Part shown: piece by piece, positions 40,572-54,177 of the stretch
Position numbering within the stretch: position 1 is the stretch's first letter
Layout of the letters: every line of letters begins with the position of its first letter
Notes under the pieces: generated by a model
Database searches by the model: none
What the model was told of the DNA's origin: nothing
The model's input: the letters and a program-made list of their open reading frames with translations, nothing else
Position numbers and translations under genes: made by a program
Assembly: GCF_964204645.1 (NCBI RefSeq)
Contig: NC_134029.1
Span: forward strand, 24,580,434 to 24,644,433
Reading direction: 5' to 3'
Origin: Tubulanus polymorphus
Lineage: Eukaryota; Animalia; Nemertea
DNA: 64,000 nucleotides

Positions 40572-43197
40572 GTAAGTGACTCATCGCCGTGCCGTCGTGG
40601 CCCCCGTGTCAAATCTGTGACTAGTTCACCGTGCCGGTTATCGCGGAAACTTTTAAACTACGTCACCCCGGGTTACGAGCAGTATAATGTCGCTTTCATC
40701 CTAGCGATCGAATTGTGTGTCAGCGATTTTGACAGCGACGAAAATCCCACGTAAATTGCACTCGGTCTGATATTATGAATATATATATTTAAAGCCCGCT
40801 AATGCGGATTCATCGATGGCCCGGATTCAAACATTGTGTCCATAGCTAAAGAGAACTGATGAAAGATTTATCCAGTATCGGTCGGTTCGGTTATTTTCAT
40901 CGTGTAGTAGGATTTAACCGGTCCAATCCCGCCGCACGTCTGTCTCTATCTCTTACTAATACTCAATCATCTCATTTATCGATCTCAAATTTTCATTCAC
41001 CAAAATTCCGCTATTATTCCAGTGATTTTTATGAGTCTGATTCATTATTATCTCTGCAAGCGAAAAATGGGTTTATTTCAAAGCTTTTATTTGAAAATGC
41101 TTCTATTCGATACCATAGCCTCGTAGTAGTCGTAGGCATTTCCCAAAAAATCAATTTTATTGGTTTTCGTTTAACAAAGACGTCTATATAAAATACTTGT
41201 CTATTTTGAGTCAGATATCTTCTAAATGAAGTAAAATTTGAATCTTTCGCTCAGATCTGTTGCAGTAACAACATCGAATCAGAAAATTGCCCGATATCAA
41301 GAATTCTAAATGTTTGGGTCTGTTTGCGACGGTCACTCAGTCAAATCATGAAATTGTCAAATTCTGCACGATAATGAAGTCATATTTATCTAAATCTCGA
41401 GAATGAGCGGATTAGCCACCGCGGTACTTTTCGGTCAATGAGAAAATTAACATTTTTAAGAGATGCCGGTTCTGGTTTTAGATAAGTGTTCATCACATTT
41501 TGACAAGGCGTAATTCAACTCGTTCGGATGAAAAGCTCCGATAGAATCTACAGATTAATATCTCTTTTCTAAAATCTTTTAATTTTTCCCCGGCCGCGAG
41601 CTCATTGCGCGTATCTGTGTATGAATAGTTTGAAAAGGTTGTCAAGGACTTGTCTTACAAAGACTGTTCCGTTCCTGCGTTCACCTGGAACAATCTATAA
41701 TTAAGTCATGAAATGTAATTCGACTGTCTGTTTTTTGCTGATATCAGGAGCTGCAGATTTAGCTCACTCTCCACTCGCAGCTCTTGGGGATGAAAATAAT
41801 ATGATTTGTCTCATGAATTTAATGTGCGTAATTCGATGAAAGGAATCTCAAATAGTTTCGAATCCAATTCACTTTGTGTAGGTCATGAATGTGTAGTCTC
41901 TCTTCTCTCTCTCTCTCTCCTCTCTTCTCTCTCTCTCGACTCTCTTCTCTCTCCTTGCTCTCTCTCTGTCTCTCTCTCCCATTTCTCCATCTCTCGTCCA
42001 CTCCTGTCTCCCTCTCCTCCCTTCACATCTTCTCTTCTTTCTATCCCTCTTTCTCTCTCTCCTCGCTCTTTCTCTCCTCTCTCTCTCCTCTCTCTCTCTC
42101 CTCTCTCTCTCCCTCTGCGTTTTTGAGGTGCATTCAGCTTTTTACTAGTAAACAAAGCTTTTCACGAAAGCAGTCGATTGAAAGTTAGTTCAGCGCCAAT
42201 GCACGAGACCAATTAAGATTTATGAAGAGAAGCCAATGATTAATCCTCGCAGTATTATAAACTCAGTGGTATTTCTATCGTCGTCGCCGCTTTTGTTATT
42301 GAGGTTTTGTCTCTCGCTATTCGAGTCGTCGGTTTCAAGCGCCTTTTAAAAAAACTGTTCGTTAATTAATTTTCAGATATTCAGGGCGGATAAGAACCCA
42401 GCGCGTCTGAAGCGACCACGTGAGATACGCTGATAACTTGTGCGCTGATGAATTAACAGTATATTTAAATGTTGATAATCCGCGCTGTGATCCACGACAA
42501 ACCCGCACGACCGCACCATCAGCACATATTTCATATTCATAAGAAAATTGATGATGAAGTTTGCATTTCTTTCATTGAATCGGATGAGAACCTTTCATTC
42601 GGGGGAAAGAATAAAGGGGTTTATTAATTAATTCTCATTGAGGAATCTGCGTGTGCATGTCAGTAACCGGCGCCGCCTTCCTGAGGCTGCCGTGTTTAAA
42701 CAAATCCAAGTCACTTTTTGTTACGGCTAACAAAAGCCATGTTTTCATTACTTGTTTCATATTTTCATCTCGGGAAAAACTCTTTAACACAAAAAATGGA
42801 TGCGAATACTACTGTACGCTAGCGACGCGAGTGGCGATGAATTGAATTAAATTTCTGATGCAGATTCCATTGATTTTGTGGTTTACCAGAAGTGATGCTG
42901 GATGATGATTAGTTTCTATTATCTGTATCGAGATGGATTGAACCCCTACAGTTTAAACACAGTCGTCCAGGTGTCCACTATCTCACACACACACACACAC
43001 ACACAATATCCCTGCAGTCAACTCATTGTTTAAACTAAATCTCTTCTCATCATTTGTCTTTCTCTCTTCTTTCTGATTTCTTTATTCTATTCATCACATT
43101 TCTTCCTTGACCCAGACACGAACAATCTCTAGTTTTACAGATTTTAGGGGTCGAAATTTTTCTTTCAGATTCTAAATTCTGATTTCTATTGTTTCAG

Positions 43198-43328
43198 ACA
43201 CAACACATACGGACAGTTAGGGATTGAACCGGTTCAAGTTGAAATGTCCCGTCAACCGATTACAGTTAAAAGCCTTCCACAGATCTCTAGAATAGCAAGT
43301 GGTGCAAATCACAACATAGCTATTGACG
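43198..43328 (+). CDS. RCC1-repeat protein exon (131 bp; GHNTYGQLGIEPVQVEMSRQPITVKSLPQISRIASGANHNIAID)
   Basis: Acceptor ttgtttcag| and donor G|gtaaga; motifs GxNxYGQLG and IASGANHN; phases 2 and 1 are consistent with the neighbours. Confidence 0.95.
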
Positions 43329-45762
43329 GTAAGAATAAGCCTTTTCTAAGTAACTTTTAATGATTCGTCTATAATCTGTAAATAGCTTCAGTCTCTAGGA
43401 TATTTTTCAGAGGGGTAGGGGGGAGGAGTAGAGGGGGGTAAGAAAGCAATAACATACTTCACGCCGAATATCTGCCGAGTGCTGAGCATTTCCGAATCCT
43501 TATTTTTTAGGTAATTCTTAAATCTTCGTCTATATTCGTCCATATTAGAAATAGGGATGGTCCACGCCTCCTAACCCCCTTTTGGTTACACTTAGGTTTA
43601 GTTCGTTTGCTGAACTCTTAACGAATATTATATCGTTTTTGCGAGTAATCTTGATAAACTTATTTCAACTCTGGGTCGTATATCCTAAACTCGTGAATTT
43701 GGATCCGAATACGTTCAAACTACTTCTGCTGTATTCAAATTAATCACAATATTTACAAGTCGTTGATAAACCGCTTCTCGAGATGAGAAAACGACGAGAA
43801 ATGCAAAAATATCTCCATACAAAAATTCATATGTAATGAATATTGATAAGTTTTTTAATCAGTCACGACTCGATAGTTGTGAAGACTCTCCTTTGCCTTG
43901 AAGATGACTTTTAAAGTAAAACCAGTCTCGGATGCGCTGTGACGGTTTGAAGGGGATTCAATTTGATATTAAGATCTCTTATGTTAAAAGCACTAGAAAA
44001 TCTTTGATCCATAAATGGAAATTTAAGAGCGGTATGAATTTCGTGTTGACGTCACACATCAGCATCACGTATCAAATGAAGGAAGATTATTCCCATCTTG
44101 ATTCACAAAATTCGAGAAAAAAAAACCTATTCTGTCTCCTCAGGTGAAAGAGAGAGAGACGGAGGGCCGGCGAGGGGGGAGTAATTAGAATTCTTCAGGC
44201 CATCTTGTGATTTTAAGAAGCCCTTCAGACCCATCGTCCTAAACAATTTTCTTACAAACCTCCGATTTCACCCAATATTTAGAGATTACCCAATATTTAG
44301 AGTTGTGAGTTTCAAAAGATCTAGAGCCCCCAGTATTAGGGGGAACCATATAAACCTAGGAATTTCCTTTCCTTCATAGCAAGTAAACGTAAATTGCTCA
44401 CATCTGATTGGTCTTTACCAATTTCAGTATATAACCAATGCTATAATGTATAGGTTTATATGTATGTACGTATGCGGTCCCCGGAAGGCAATTATTTTGT
44501 GAAATTGGTTCGCGAATTTTCCTATCAGAATATGAATTGGTGGCTGATCAGTTTACTGTACAGTGTGTCCTTTTATTGGTTTCAATATTCACAATGTCAG
44601 TAGCTGCTGCTGCTGCTGCTGCTGGAGGTGGTGTCTATCACCTGTACATCTATTTACATTTATTCTCTTTTTATCACGCGAAAAATTGAAAGCATTGACG
44701 ATAATTTAGTGTTTGATAATTGAGAGACAATGAATCGAGCGCGAATCTGTGAATCAGATAGAAATTGACGCCTGGTTGAAAGAATCTGTGATTAAGGTTT
44801 TAGGGCATGACTTGAATTGAATACGCGATACTTTATGGGGGAAGGAAGGTTCGCTTCAGAATTCTATCAGAACATATCTGAAGTCAAATTCGCTGAAGGC
44901 TGATTTTTCAATTAACAGATATTATTTCATGTTCACCGGCTTTTCGCTGATATTTTGTCGCCGGTTTTTGATCTATTTCAATCGATTCAAAGCGTCAGTT
45001 TGAATAAAAAGATCTCATAAAACAATTTCATTTTAGATGTGATTTTCTATTTGAAATATTGCTTAGAATATTTCTCTTTATGTAAAGAAAAGAATAGAAA
45101 TAGAAATCTATTTTCGTGAAGCTGTTACAAAGATATGGTTTGAATGTGAAGGAAATGTAAACAGATAATGATATGTTCTGCGCTCAATGTGGGTGTCTCA
45201 CTAGACCTGAGTTACCTCAATCCCGTCTTGAGATAGCTACGTCCTCTACCGAGAATGTGTGAGGACCCCCAGCCAGCCCTTACCCCTCGAAACATCCCAA
45301 TTACCTTCAGACTCATTACTCTAAAACTGCAGTCGCACTGGTCTCTCCGGGGACAGACCGCGTCATTAACAAAACACCGCAAGTCAATTTACAAATCTAA
45401 AACTGAATAAAGACACGTGTCACGTGAACTCCTGTGGGAGTTACTGGCGCAGCAGAGAGGAGAAGGTGAGACTGAGGGAAGTTTGAAGCTGATTGTGACC
45501 CACCTGTTTTAACACCTCCACATCATCCAACACCGTTAAAATCACATCAGCAAAATTATAATTCACTAATCGTTATTTCCTCACAATTGAAAATTATTCC
45601 CGATAATAATTTCAGCAATTTGAAATAAAGAGTTCGGAAAGTTTCCTTCAGCGAGTCGTTAATTTCGTACTCGTTTTCAATGTTGTTTTAGTGTATATCG
45701 TTACAACACGGATTCGGAGTGTTTTTCAGGAATGATTTGTTTTCTCCTCGATATTTCAGCAG

Positions 45763-45900
45763 ACTCTGGTGATGTGTATGTTTGGGGTTACGGTCTCCCG
45801 TGTGGAAACAAGCAACACAACGTTATTTCACCGATAAAGATAACATTGAGTCGAGCTATAGCCGTATCTGGAGGAAACACTCATTCGTTAGCCCTCATCG
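45763..45900 (+). CDS. RCC1-repeat protein, last visible exon (DSGDVYVWGYGLPCGNKQHNVISPIKITLSRAIAVSGGNTHSLALI); alternative start 45760
   Basis: Tandem acceptor tttcag|cag| and donor G|gtaaga; motifs GDVYVWG and VSGGNTHSLAL. It lies within ORF 45732..45971. Confidence 0.93.
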
Positions 45901-46095
45901 GTAAGAAGCATTTTACTCTCAAATATCAACAGAATACATCTAAAAAACATCGCAGATTGGTTTGTTTGTAAAATCGACAGGAACAAACTGATCGGTTCCG
46001 GCGACCTCCAACCAGCACTCTCTCCTCCCCCTGATGTTAGGACTTGGACTAGACCTACTATTGTACAGATACCATGTCGATCGTCCGGTTTTTAC

Positions 46096-46541
46096 TGATG
46101 ACCACTGACTGACGTGGTTTGTAAGTTTGTGTGGTCAGTGTGGTGACTGATGACCACTGACTGACGTGGTTTGTGTGGTCATTGTGGTGACTGATGACCA
46201 CTGACTGACGTGGTTTGTGTGGTCAGTGTTGTGACTGATGACCACTGACTGACGTGGTTTGTGTGGTCAGTGTGGTGACTGATGACCACTGACTGACGTG
46301 GTTTGTGTGGTCAGTGTGGTGACTGATGACCACTGACTGACGTGGTTTGTGTGGTCAGTGTGGTGACTGATGACCACTGACTGACGTGGTTTGTGTGGTC
46401 AGTGTGGTGACTGATGACCACTGACTGACGTGGTTTGTGTGGTCAGTGTGGTGACTGATGACCACTGACTGACGTGGTTTGTGTGGTCAGTGTGGTGACT
46501 GATGACCACTGACTGTATTCACTGTTACACCCGCTGTATCA
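46096..46541 (-). repeat. 44-bp minisatellite (~9 units) inside the 5' leader of the tRNA/TTAGGG composite element (copy 3, truncated)
   Basis: Unit TGATGACCACTGACTGACGTGGTTTGTGTGGTCAGTGTGGTGAC. The first unit keeps GTTTGTAAGTTTGT, and the array ends in TATTCACTGTTACACCCGCTGTATCA, matching 3174-3198. Confidence 0.85.
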
Positions 46542-49500
46542 GAGTTGTATCATTGAACTATTGTTTTACCGCGATTCATTGATTACTCGGCGTCAATCGT
46601 GGCGACACTTTTTTTGTTGTTTTTCACGCTATTATCTTCTGCTTCGGTGTCATGAAAGGCGACGATTGATTTTCAGGGTGGAAAAACTTTTGAATTCAAA
46701 CAACGACGACAAAACCATCATTCATCCATTAGGGTCAACATAGATGTAAACGATCTATCGATCGACTGATGCGTCTCATCGTGAACTAATTGAAAAGAGT
46801 AACGCATCAGTACTTAACATCGTGTTTAAACTTGTCATGTGTTAATGGATTTATTGACCTGATAAAACCCCCGCGCCCCGCGCCCCTCCTCCCCCGGTAA
46901 GGGGGGATTTATTCGTTCATATTTCCTGCTTATAGTCGTACGTGATGAAGTATTATTCCAAAACGTTTCCCTTCAGAAACTCTCTCCCCCTCCTCTCTCT
47001 TCTCTCTCTTCCTCTCTCCCTCTCTTTCTTCTCTCCCTCTCTCTCGTTCCTCTCTCTCTCTCTCGTCTCTCCCCTCTCCTCTCTCTCCTCCCTCTCTCTT
47101 CTTCTCTATTATCCTCTGTCTTCTCTCCCCTCCCTCTCTCTCCTCCCTTTCCCCTCCTTTCACTCACTCCCCTCCTCTCTCAGTCTATAATTCATTATTC
47201 TATATCGTTATTATAAGAACAAAAGAAAAACAAACTCTATAAAGCCACAGTTTGAACTATTATCGATGCGGTACATGTTATCACTGTTTGGGTGTGTCTC
47301 AGGGGTGTATTATTAGTCTGCCTTTTTTGTATTGTTTGTTTTCTCTCAAGTCAAATTGAATGATTTCAGCCATCAATAACACGTAGTTGGAATTTTTCAA
47401 TGAAAATATTTCTATCTAGGCCTAAATACTTGTTCGTAAATACTCGTGGAATATGATTCATATTTTGTCCTCTGCTTTGTAATTTTCGTCTCAGTTATTT
47501 TCAGATACGTTCAGTGCCTAATGAAACATATTGGCTTTTACTAATAATATTTACGAATTTTCCGTCGCAACGCTTCGCAACAATGAACAGAACGCTTCAG
47601 ATACTGTTACTCTCTCCGTGAACGCTGACTGCCAATTAGCATTATAACGACCTTTGCTCGAGTCGTTGATGTCATCAGGGATCAGTGTCTCAATTCTATA
47701 GTCCGCAGTTCGTTAACGGGCGTCTAATTAAGCGAACTTCGTTTCACGAACCGATTCATCATCGATCTACATAAAGAAACGACCCTCGCCTTTTGTAAGA
47801 GACTAATTTAGATTGGACCGGAATCGCGCTTCTTAACGCTAAAGATCAAATATATAGAATCAATCGATCAGACATGAAAAAATAATGTATGATATTCATA
47901 GGTAATATTTACACTGACGAGCAGTAACTGCTGCTGCTGGTGCTGCTGCTGCTGCTGATGCCAGTTATTAATTCTACGTTTTATAATCAATGTAGCCCTA
48001 ATGAGCTCTTATTCTATCTATTGTCACAGGTGAAGCTCTCTTCCTCTCACCCTTCCCTCACCTCTCACCCTCACCCTCCCTCCCCTCACCCCCCTCTCTC
48101 TCTCTCTCTCTCTCTCTAGACTGTAGCATCTTCCACGTGTTCTCTAAACCGATGATGATGATATTTAACTATTCGATGCTAATATGACCTGTAGTGTATG
48201 AAGTAACTGTGAACCTCTGTAGTATACAAGCAATCAAAAATCGATTGAGTTGAGCTGAATTAATGAAGAAAATTCAATGAGTTAAACCCTTTTTCGTGAC
48301 ACTGGTTCCTACTGGGTATCGAAGCCATTTACTCATTTAGGTTCTAACCTAACTAATGTTAATTTGTTATCTTTGCGGAGATGGGCGTTCAAGTGCGCGA
48401 GGGTCGCTTTAAATATTCGACTATAAAATTCGTGTTCATAACAAACACTGTAGAAACAAACATGTTCTATTACAGTCATTGAATATCTCGATGACTGCCA
48501 TGCAGCCATATTTGTTTTAGTATAAACTGCCATTATATAAATTGATGTTTTTTATCTTGCACACACAGAGACAGTCCATAAAATTACAACGATCTATAAT
48601 AATCCGGCGAGGCTTATCAGCTTCAAATGGGATAAAACAAATACATGATCCCAACCGGCTATTGACTGATCCACGACCACTAGGCGCCGTGACCACGTGA
48701 CCACGAGGACGCGGTCGGATTAAACTCCAAATTGCCGTTGTGCTAACACCGAAACGTCGATATGAATTTGTCGGCATTAACTAGGCTATTACGGGCCGGA
48801 TATTAGTTCAGAGGCAACTAGAATGAAAATGGCCGCCGGTCGTGGCATTCCATAGTTATTGGATGGCACGGAGGATTAGGGTAGCGTGCCACGTTTGAAC
48901 CCGATGTCCTAACCCGGTCATAAATCAACTGACAGCACGCGGATGAGAGATGATGGGATGCCACGAGCAAATTCTACAATTTCCATCTTCAAACCGTCCG
49001 CGACGTATCATCATTAATCGGGTTTTAGATGAAAAGTGTGACGACGCATCACTCGACTAGAATCCGGTGCCGTCACATTACAATAACGCTTACACATACA
49101 TTTATTTCAATGTAAGACCTCACAGAGAATCATCATTGTTTTATTCACCAGTGTTTCCAATAATATCTCTCATTTCTTGCCATTCCTTAGAATTATAGTT
49201 TCTTCTATGACATCACCAACGCCGCTGCGTCACGATGTGATGTACAAGGGAACTCCAATTATCGCGGTCAACAGTTAGTTCCTCCAGGAAAGTTAACGTT
49301 TCGCTTGGCGTTTATTTAAAATCAAGTTCTATATCCACAAGGGCTTCACGGATTATCGTCAACCAGGTGGACTGTGGGGGTCGGCTTTGGGGTTTCTTTG
49401 TGTATCGTATCGCTTCAGCTAAAGCCAGGCGCACAGGCGTCTGAGGATGAAGACGCATCAATGTATTACAACAAAATCTAATGACTTATGTTTAGATGGT

Positions 49501-52500
49501 ATAGACGCTCAACCTGGCTAGGGTGGACTGAATGAATAAGAGAATCAATTGCTGAAACGATGTCTATACTTCCTCCGAATTGTCCAGCATCTCTCGGTTA
49601 CAAAACTAATTTAAAATATATAGAATTATATAAATCTTAATCCTGTATTGAAAAATGATTCGAAAACAAATCGCGTTCTGTGGCAGGAAATTCATTTAAG
49701 ATTGTTGATATTTGTTGTGTGAGTATGGTACTTCCATATTGCGCGGGGATACCTCAGTTGCCAGGGGTCACTACATCGACGACATTGATTTGACACTGAT
49801 GGAGTTGTATTTGACATAAAACCACGGAATCAGATTATAACCGGGCAAACTGTGGTACTATTAAACCGCGTTCATCGGTGTTTGGTTTCAATAGGACCAG
49901 GAAATTAACTCTGTCAGCGAAAGGATGCACCCCTCCTCATTTCATTTCTGGTGGAGATTACCGCCGATACTTGGTACACATCCTTCATAGCTCTACATCA
50001 TCCATTCATATCGCACAAAACACAAGGTTTAGGTTACAGTAGAACCTCCGTGTGGTGATTAGATCGGTGTGATGACCCGACTAGCCACGGTACAGCTCAC
50101 TGAGAATCAGCAATCCTCCTGTTCTCGATGTCATCTCGAAAGGAAATTGAAAATCTCACATGACTTGTGAAGTCTGTAAAGGTGGAAAATTGATATATGT
50201 TTATATTACAACCCTATTAAACCCTTCAGGCTTATTACTATAGTTATTACTATATATGAAAGTATGACTGATGACAACTCGAGTCTCTGTCACACACGTT
50301 ACAATACAATTCAATGAATTCATCACTAGGCTCCGTTTCCTCGGAATCCAAGCTTCATTTGAGGATCTGTTTCTGTTTTGCTAGCCGCGAGGTATCTATG
50401 AAATCCCTGACCAGGATGTTATCTATATTCGGCCTTGAAGATGATTATGAAAGGATAACTATAAGATTATCTCGTATGGTTCGGTTTAACGGTATGAATA
50501 CTTGCTGGTTGTGATGACTTACATTGTCCGGTCATTCGGATCAGATGAACGCTTGACCATTGGTCACTAATCAATACTACCGTCAGAGACCATTCATTAG
50601 ATATCACCTTCGATGTAATTGCTGGTCATTTGTTAACGCTGACCACTGGTCATTTGTTAAGGCACTCAATTAGTTTATTTGTTAGTAGTGATGCCTGGGA
50701 ATACTGGAGTCTATCACTCATTAGTTTCAGTGTTCTCTCATTTTGCTCATTAGCTCACAGCCCATTATTTCTACTGATTGATTCTTCATACGTGTTTGTA
50801 TAATTGGGATCAACTGTTCATCAAACCCTAGGTTGATGTGTTCGACTGTCAGACCATGAGGTACCCTAGTGTTTGGCTGTTGTATTAGTTAGGTAAAAGC
50901 TTTGACTGGTTTTAACATGTCATATAGTCTATAGAACCAAAATGAGCTAAGACTTGGCTACAGAATGAAAAAAGGCTCATGTACCTTGTCTACCGCACAG
51001 CTGCTGGGTTCGACCTGGAGTTGTTAGATTCTATTATATTTGCATCATTAGATTCACTTCGCTCAATAGGTAAATAATCGACGTTCTTTGTTTATATCGT
51101 AATGGATGGAAATTTTTGTTGACGGATTCATAAATCATAAATACAACATCTTGATCTCAAATTTATCACAACAACTTCATTAATCATCAATCTTTCATGT
51201 GAACAGCGGCAGCAGCACCAGCAGCAGCAGCAGCAGTACTATACCTGAAAACCCTCATCATACACATCACTGACCTCTCTATAATCAATCAATAAAAACC
51301 GTACATTCTTATACCTACTAATAATATCTATATCTGTCATTAACGCTGGGAACTTTCTCTCTCTGTCTCTCTATGTCAATAGACCGATACTAGCTGTGCA
51401 CCAGTAATTAACCCCACACTGGACGGACTCGACCGCCGGTCGAAGGTCTGTAGGGGCAAAAGTAGCGTAATTGACTATTGGCCTCAGCGGTCAGTAGTGG
51501 TCACTATCGGTCACTAGTGGTCAAGCTTAGCGATGATGAGATATAAATCAGTAGATCATGTATAGATTAATAATCACTGCACACGTTATTTATTATACGG
51601 TACTCTGTGAGAAGCTGTGAGTAGACAGCATGCATTCTGAACAGCATTAGACAGCGCTGAACGAAATTGGACAGCATCGGACAGTGTTTATGACAGGATC
51701 ATTCTGTCTAAAGAAGGCCTCATGGAAGCCCTCGAAAAAAGGCTAGGTGTCACGATCAAATTCTCATGAACCATCCACCACAGCCCAGTACAAAGTTTTC
51801 TTGTAGCCGTGACCTCAGTTGATTGTGTGACCTTGAAGACTTTTGTCCAGCTCTGGACTCAGGAGTCCTGGGTGATTATTCCAGCTCTGGACTCAGGAGT
51901 CCCTGATATGATTAATAATTAGATATGACATGTGAGAGACCGGATTTTAGTGTTATCCTCATTTGCTCTATATTCATCAGTAGTAGGCCTGTAATTAGTA
52001 CAGCGGACTATCAGCAGCAGGTTCACCGTGGCGCACGTTTAAACCCGTCGTGGTCGTTACTACAGAGATCACTGACGACTCGTGTTAATGAGTGTTAAAT
52101 AATACTATAGTTCGTGACACAGCTCACCGAGAGGTATCACACTTTCCGGAACCTACGACCATCAAAAACAAAACAACAAACACAATCCCATTACAGTTAA
52201 ACTAAAGTCTGATGTCGGGATTGTAGAGAGTCCGTACGAAACGTCGTGTCCTTTGATTCAGATTTTTGATGAATGATCTTTTACTATTAAAACTGTATAC
52301 AGTGGGTTTGTTTGTATTTAGTCATTCGATCACCCAGTATGTATTTGACCTGTATTGTAGACCCGAGGACTAGGACCCCCTCCGGTATAGATTAATTCCA
52401 AGTCAGGTGCGCAAATTTTGACTCATATTGAAAGTAACTTTTCATCGGTTCTATTTAACTTGACACTAATAACAATGCACGGAAACTCATAGATCGGTTT

Positions 52501-53409
52501 GGTGTTTTCCTAATGTTTGTCATAAACAGTGATTTGTACAGATATTACTCAGACACTTCCTGGTTTATACCTCTAGTTCCGACTATCGCTGTCTTCACTG
52601 ATCAAGATTAAACACAGTTTTGTTTCCACGTCCTGAGAAATATCACTTAAACCATTTCCTAAAATTACACCTAATAGCTGCTACTGCTGCCACTGCTGCT
52701 ACCGGTGCCGCTGCCGAATTTCCTATTGATGCAAAGGTGTCATAATAATCATTAAGTTTTGATTGAATGGTTGGAATGAATGTCAATTCGCAATTATCTA
52801 AGGCTATGTGGAAAGTTGAGGAGGACAGATGTGGAGAGAACTGCAGCGTCTCTCCTCACGTGTTCACCGTGGTTATGTAACGTCGTTCTCGCATGATTAT
52901 TATTTGACTCTTGTTATGGCAGTAATTCCGCTGAACTGATTTAGAATAATTCTAATAATATTGATATCTAAGAGATGGATAGGGAGAGAGTGGATTATAT
53001 AACATAATCGTACGCACTCCATAAATCACTGAATCGCTTATTATCGATGTGATTAGTGTTTAAACCCTCCTGGACATCTCAACGCATCTCGGCAACATCT
53101 GTCCCTAAACTGGAGCTCTAATGAGACCCGGATGTCTCCTCCTTACACGGGAATCTCAAAGACAACGACACAATGAGAAATATTCTATCAGTCTTATACT
53201 ATAGAAACATATAAGCCAAATTTAAATCAAACTTGGACACGATTTGGTAATTTCCCTCTTGAATATCTTGAATTCCAATATTCATTCTTCCAATGTATTT
53301 AAACCAGTGTATTTAAGTCATTTCAATGTTAGGACTCGGTTCTTAGATCGTGGGATAGACAATCAGTTTTCAGTCTCAGTTTTATCGCTATTCGACTCTG
53401 GTTTACCAT

Positions 53410-53522
53410 CAACACTGACCAGTGTCCATAAGCACTAACCAGTGGACTTGACCAGTGTCCATCAACGTTGACCAGTGTCCATCGACATTGACCAGTGGCT
53501 ATCAACTGACCAGTGGCTATTT
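53410..53522. repeat. Degenerate ~21-bp tandem repeat (TGACCAGTGTCCATCAACAT)
   Basis: Recurrent ACCAGTG motif. Confidence 0.7.
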
Positions 53523-54032
53523 GACGAAATCCTCAGTGAATAAAAGCGACTCTCGACTCTGATTAATTCTACATCAATTACACCCTGTTTATCGATATGT
53601 AACGACGGATTGACATCTACACGGGGATTAACGAGGATTAACGATAATCCGTTTTTATCCCGAGGATAATTTCTGATCTGTGAGCTGTGCGGCCTGGTCA
53701 GTGATTAACGAGATAGAGGTGAAATCTGCATTTAAAAATCATAGACGATTTATCGTTAATAACAATTCTAGAGATCAATTTGATTTACGGTATTTATCAT
53801 AACTATTGGTAAACATAGCGAGCAACCGTATAATGATCAATCATTGAGAATAAAAACATTTATTTATATCTGATCGGTCCGTAGAGAATTGTAAATGGTT
53901 CGCAGTGGTCAGTATAATGGTCAGTAACAGATTGAAGAGAAAGTGATGGTCAGTATTGTCCGTGCTTTATGGCCATCTGTACCGTGTGCAGTCACTCCGG
54001 AGAATCAGCGTGAATTCCTCTGACAGAATCTA

Positions 54033-54177
54033 CACACAGATCACAGCTCGCCCAGCGATCAGATTCCACAATCACAGAGTCCAATTGGTGATCACAGACT
54101 CGCCCAGCGATCAGACCCCACAACAGACTCCACAGCGATCACAGACTCCACAGTGATCACAGACTCGCCCAGCGATG
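54033..54177. repeat. Degenerate ~18-19-bp tandem repeat (GATCACAGACTCGCCCAGC)
   Basis: Read directly. Confidence 0.75.
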
